In this document: in pieces, positions 16,230 to 20,000 of the stretch
Layout: each line of letters opens with the position of its first letter
How positions within the stretch are numbered: position 1 is the stretch's first letter
IMG/VR virus record: IMGVR_UViG_2724679570_000003
Direction: 5' to 3' (one strand)
From: an uncultured virus (IMG/VR IMGVR_UViG_2724679570_000003)
Taxonomy: Duplodnaviria > Heunggongvirae > Uroviricota > Caudoviricetes
Length of the DNA: 20,000 nucleotides
The notes under the pieces: generated by a model
What the model was told of the DNA's origin: nothing
Seen by the model: the letters and a program-made list of their open reading frames with translations, nothing else
Database searches by the model: none
Translations under genes and position numbers: made by a program

Positions 16230-16439
16230 TTAATCTAATGTAATAAACACCTTACCATTTTCATATTTTGCATCAATCCCTGCCCCACTAACTATTTCTA
16301 AAATAGTTTTAGAATGTTGTTCAAACATCTCATTATTTACTGGTTCAAAGCTCTCTTTCCTTTCGTTGTAAGCATTGATAATTTCATCTGCTGACGGACT
16401 TAATTTCTCCATTAACATTATTTGCTCCATAAAATTCAT
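16230..16439 (-). CDS. small hypothetical protein (69 aa)
   Basis: AAGGTGG RBS before ATG at 16439. Confidence 0.65.
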   Translation of the reverse strand: MNFMEQIMLMEKLSPSADEIINAYNERKESFEPVNNEMFEQHSKTILEIVSGAGIDAKYENGKVFITLD

Positions 16440-16506
16440 AATAGTTCCACCTTTCCAAAATATCTCGTGTACTTGCTTGTACACTGACTTGATTTATTGA
16501 TTTTAT

Positions 16507-16539
16507 ATATAGACTACATATAAACAATGTAGTCTATAT
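16507..16539. repeat. perfect 13-bp inverted repeat with 7-bp spacer, ATATAGACTACAT-ATAAACA-ATGTAGTCTATAT
   Basis: Seen directly; overlaps the tnpC stop codon. Confidence 0.85.
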
Positions 16540-16908
16540 TTTTTCATATAATTTACCTCTAAGAACTTCTAATTGTTCTTTGAGCTTTTTATTTTCTTGT
16601 TCCAATTCTTTAATTTTTTTATCTTTAGCCATTATAATAATGTCTTTAGATTTTGAAGTTTTATCATATTTGGCTCTTTGGTTTATAGTTTGACTTACTT
16701 GTTTATCTCTAAGTTCTTCAATTCTTGCTTTTACTTCTTTGTTGTTGTAGAGGAATGTCTTAGACACTCCACTGATTGTTGCCACACTATTAAAGTTAAT
16801 CTTTTCTCCATTAAGTGAAAGTTCTCTAATGGCTTTATCAACTTTTTCTAAAGTAATTTTTGTTTTCTCTTCTGCATACTTTTTTAATCCTTTAGTATTT
16901 CCAGCCAT
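16534..16908 (-). CDS. tnpC: Tn554-like TnpC (DUF6262 family, HTH plus coiled coil)
   Basis: KINFNSVATISGVSKTFLY...I..LR motif; C-terminal coiled coil; third gene after two recombinases. Confidence 0.85.
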   Translation of the reverse strand: MAGNTKGLKKYAEEKTKITLEKVDKAIRELSLNGEKINFNSVATISGVSKTFLYNNKEVKARIEELRDKQVSQTINQRAKYDKTSKSKDIIIMAKDKKIKELEQENKKLKEQLEVLRGKLYEKI

Positions 16909-16910
16909 TG

Positions 16911-18872
16911 TTAAACATCCTCCCTTGAAGCTCCATTTTTATGGAGTATCTTTTGTTCTGTAACTCTTTGTAGTGTATTTTCAAGCAGTTTTAAGTATGT
17001 TTTATTTTTCTCAGCCCAAAGTTCTCTACCACATCTTTCACTAACTTCAATTTGCTTTTTAACATGGTCAATTTCTTCCTCATATTCTGGAATATTCTCA
17101 GTTGTGGTGCAGAAACTTGCACAAGTTAAACAATGATTCATTTGTTGCTTACAAGGTAGTTTAGAAGGCTTAAAACATACACCGAAAGGCACTCTTACTG
17201 CATCTAAATTCTTTTTAACATATTCATATCTTATAAGATTTTCTCCATCATCAGAGTTTAAGTCTACTTGTTCAAATTTATTTGTTTCAGTATTAACTCT
17301 AAATAAGCCTAAATCCTCGGTGTTTTTCCATTTTTCATAAAGAATATTTTCACTAACAGTTGCATAATGGACTGTCATTTGTAGGCTCTGATGTCCTAAT
17401 ATTTGCTGTATAATGCTAATACCCATACCTTGTTCTATATACTCTTTAGCCCTTGTATGCCTTAGTGAATGAAGTCTAAAATGATATAGTTCGCCATTAA
17501 CATCTCTAATATCTTTTTTATTTATTAGCCTTTTAATAGTTAATAATAAAGCTGATTTTGATAACGGTTTTCCTTTTGATTTCCCTTCATAAATATTAAA
17601 TAAATACTTTTTAGGGTTATTTTCTTCTGTACTCGATTCTTTAGTCTTATCGATAGATTTTCGAACCATTTCAGCAACTTTATTTCTTATAGGAATTTTA
17701 AGTTGTGCTATACCTGTCTTAGTTATTTCACCACAAAGATAATAGTTATATTTTTGTTCTTTGCTATTCCAAATCTGTTCTAAACAATTGTTATATCTAA
17801 GGTTTAATATATCAGTTCCACGCCATCCTGTTTCACGAAGTAAGATATAAATAGGTATAAACTGTGGTCTATCTAAATCCATAATATTATTATCTAATTG
17901 CTTTAATATAGGCTCTGGAATAAATTTAATTCTCTGTAATCTATTCAAATCTCTTTCTCTTGAAGGAATATCATTTTCAAATATTAAAAGTGATACTTCC
18001 TTATTAGGTGCTTTATCATATTGAGCTATTTGTATATATTCTAAAAATGTTCTAATAAATGATATGAATTTTTGCCAATATGAAACATTATTTGTTGAAT
18101 GTTTAGAAGAAATTTTAAATATATACTTTTCAATATCTTCACGATTTAAATTTTTGACAAATCCATCTTTATATCCTATTTCATAAAATATATTAAAAAA
18201 CTCATTGATAACAGTTAATATATTAAAACAATAACTAAAAGATTTTTTAGTTATTATTGTTCTCAGGTAATCCTTAACCGTATTCCTATAAAATTGAGGT
18301 ATTTTTGTAAAGTCCAATCTTGAAATTTTTCTATCCTGACTTGCACTAATTCTAACTCCTTTAATATTCTTTGCGTACCATATGTCTTTTTCAGTTTCTT
18401 CTCTATCATCATAAAAATCTTTGATAAAATCTACAATAGAAGTCATTATTCCATTGCATAATTGTAAACTACTCTGAGTGTTTATATTTAATTCAGTCAA
18501 ATAACTACGCCATTTAATTAGAGTTTTTTCATTTTTAATTTCATTTAAAGTAACTATGTTTTTGTAGTATATGTCAAAAAAATTTCCCATTGGAGTTAAT
18601 CTATAACTTACATTTAACAAATGTGATTTTTTAATGTATTGTTCTTTAACATAAAATAATACATAGTATTTCACTTCATTTTTTATATAATCATTCTTAA
18701 AAGAAGAAAAATCAATATATTTTGAACTATAAATTTTTTTACCTATAAAAAATAATTCTGTAAAATCCCATTTATCATTTTCTAACCAATATCCATCATC
18801 TTGTTTTAAATATTCAATTATTTCATCATATTTACTTTGTTGACTATTTTTTATCAGTTGTAAATTATCCAC
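16911..18872 (-). CDS. tnpB: Tn554-like TnpB tyrosine recombinase
   Basis: ETGWR, K in ITKT, HSLRH, LGH, Y in TVHY; C-terminal C..C..CxxC..C cluster. Confidence 0.9.
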   Translation of the reverse strand: MDNLQLIKNSQQSKYDEIIEYLKQDDGYWLENDKWDFTELFFIGKKIYSSKYIDFSSFKNDYIKNEVKYYVLFYVKEQYIKKSHLLNVSYRLTPMGNFFDIYYKNIVTLNEIKNEKTLIKWRSYLTELNINTQSSLQLCNGIMTSIVDFIKDFYDDREETEKDIWYAKNIKGVRISASQDRKISRLDFTKIPQFYRNTVKDYLRTIITKKSFSYCFNILTVINEFFNIFYEIGYKDGFVKNLNREDIEKYIFKISSKHSTNNVSYWQKFISFIRTFLEYIQIAQYDKAPNKEVSLLIFENDIPSRERDLNRLQRIKFIPEPILKQLDNNIMDLDRPQFIPIYILLRETGWRGTDILNLRYNNCLEQIWNSKEQKYNYYLCGEITKTGIAQLKIPIRNKVAEMVRKSIDKTKESSTEENNPKKYLFNIYEGKSKGKPLSKSALLLTIKRLINKKDIRDVNGELYHFRLHSLRHTRAKEYIEQGMGISIIQQILGHQSLQMTVHYATVSENILYEKWKNTEDLGLFRVNTETNKFEQVDLNSDDGENLIRYEYVKKNLDAVRVPFGVCFKPSKLPCKQQMNHCLTCASFCTTTENIPEYEEEIDHVKKQIEVSERCGRELWAEKNKTYLKLLENTLQRVTEQKILHKNGASREDV

Positions 18873-20000
18873 TTATCTTTCCCCCTCATTATAAATATCC
18901 AAATCTAAATTAGGTTGAGTTTTTTCAAACTCTCTTGTTATATTTTCATCTGAGGGGTGTATATAAGTATTTATAGTGGTATAAATATTTTTGTGACCAG
19001 CTCTTATTCTTAAAAGTTCTGGTTGCCATCCTGCTATTCTAAGAACCGTCAAAGAACTATGCCTAAACATATGTGGTGTAACATATATTCCTGTTTTCTT
19101 TTTTAATGTTCTAAATAAATTATCAACATCAATATAATTCATAGCTTGATTTTTATTACTACCATTTATTTTTATGAAAATATGATTAGTTTCTACTTCT
19201 TCATTATGGTATTCTGATATATATTCCATAAACATATTAGCTAAATTCTGTGATATATCTATTCTTCTTGGACTTGATACAGTTTTAATTTCAGCATTAT
19301 TTTCAAGTTGACCTCTATCTTTAATATCAATAACCATATCACTTATATCAATATCTTCAATCCATAATGACAAGGCTTCGCCTATCCTCATTCCTGTTTC
19401 ATAAAGCAATGATAGCAAAAATTTATCTCTTAAATTATTACAAGCTCTAACGAGCATTTCTACTTCTTGTTTAGATAATGTCTTAGGCTTACTTTTAGGT
19501 ACTTTTAATTTAAGGATATTACTGGTTACTTTTTTCTGTTCATAAGCTATCCCATATAGGAAACCTTTGAAGCTTCTATTTGGAGTAGATACAAATTTTT
19601 TAAGTCTATCTGATATGTTATTACTATATTGTTCATGCCTTAAAATATAGTCATAAAACATTAATACAGTATTTACTATAATATTTACTGTTCTTGGACA
19701 CCTTGCCATATCTACAGGTGTTACAGGTATTACATTTAAACTCTTATAAGGATTCTGTAGCCAATTCACAAACAATGATAAATCATCAATAGTAACCTTC
19801 TGAAAATTTAAATCTCTTTGCTGTAGATATTCAAAGTAAAGTTTTAGGTGTTGACAATACATTCTTAAAGTATTTCTTGCATAATTAGTATTATCCTTAA
19901 ACCTTATGAATTTTAATATTGGTTCTATTGGTAATCCTAAATCATCTGCAACAAAGTACCTCTCTTTTCCTTCCTCTGTTCTAGCCTTTACTACTTCCAT
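18873..20000 (-). CDS. tnpA: Tn554-like TnpA tyrosine recombinase
   Basis: ETGMRIGE, IKT, PHMFRH, AGH, Y in INTY; N-terminal SAM-like region ARNTLRMY. Confidence 0.9.
   Translation of the reverse strand: MEVVKARTEEGKERYFVADDLGLPIEPILKFIRFKDNTNYARNTLRMYCQHLKLYFEYLQQRDLNFQKVTIDDLSLFVNWLQNPYKSLNVIPVTPVDMARCPRTVNIIVNTVLMFYDYILRHEQYSNNISDRLKKFVSTPNRSFKGFLYGIAYEQKKVTSNILKLKVPKSKPKTLSKQEVEMLVRACNNLRDKFLLSLLYETGMRIGEALSLWIEDIDISDMVIDIKDRGQLENNAEIKTVSSPRRIDISQNLANMFMEYISEYHNEEVETNHIFIKINGSNKNQAMNYIDVDNLFRTLKKKTGIYVTPHMFRHSSLTVLRIAGWQPELLRIRAGHKNIYTTINTYIHPSDENITREFEKTQPNLDLDIYNEGER

Larger units (their letters stand above)
16507..20000 (-). mobile_element. Tn554-family tnpABC element (upstream end outside the window; downstream end approximate)
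   Basis: Translationally coupled 375/653/124 aa tnpA-tnpB-tnpC architecture. Confidence 0.75.

Noticed and set aside
3167..16238. Plus-strand ORFs in the track (3167, 4048, 4967, 6564, 6604, 9128, 10094, 11227, 12637, 13682, 13795, 15969)
   Set aside because: Antisense shadows of well-supported minus-strand genes, with F/L/S/I-biased composition and no convincing RBS.
16455..16470. GAGATATT match to the start of the TnpB guide
   Set aside because: Only 8 nt, not preceded by TTTAT; expected by chance in AT-rich DNA.
16911..18872. Functional link between the two genes called tnpB
   Set aside because: Name coincidence: one is a tyrosine recombinase (Tn554), the other a RuvC nuclease (IS605). 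Tn554 TnpA is not a Y1 HUH transposase and is not expected to mobilise the IS.

Overview
Very AT-rich, Clostridium-like phage or phage-plasmid accessory region. Essentially all real genes lie on the minus strand as tightly packed, mostly small ORFs with Firmicute-type RBSs. Recognisable parts: (i) a nucleotide-salvage cluster (nucleoside 2-deoxyribosyltransferase, 5'(3')-deoxyribonucleotidase, thymidine kinase) followed by a PspC-domain gene, a terminator and a sigma-A promoter; (ii) a complete non-autonomous IS200/IS605 element (about 10752-12687) with RuvC-intact, zinc-finger-less TnpB, an omegaRNA region and both end hairpins. It carries a ribbon-helix-helix ORF where tnpA would be and is inserted after TTTAT in the middle of a host ATG start codon; (iii) a Tn554-like tnpA-tnpB-tnpC tyrosine recombinase module with no obvious resistance cargo, followed by a perfect 13-7-13 palindrome; (iv) many hypothetical and zinc-finger proteins, including a class I release-factor (RF-1) domain homologue lacking GGQ. 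A recurrent intergenic ATAAAA-N6-TTTTAT palindrome punctuates the small-gene array. All family calls come from motif recognition by eye; no searches were run.
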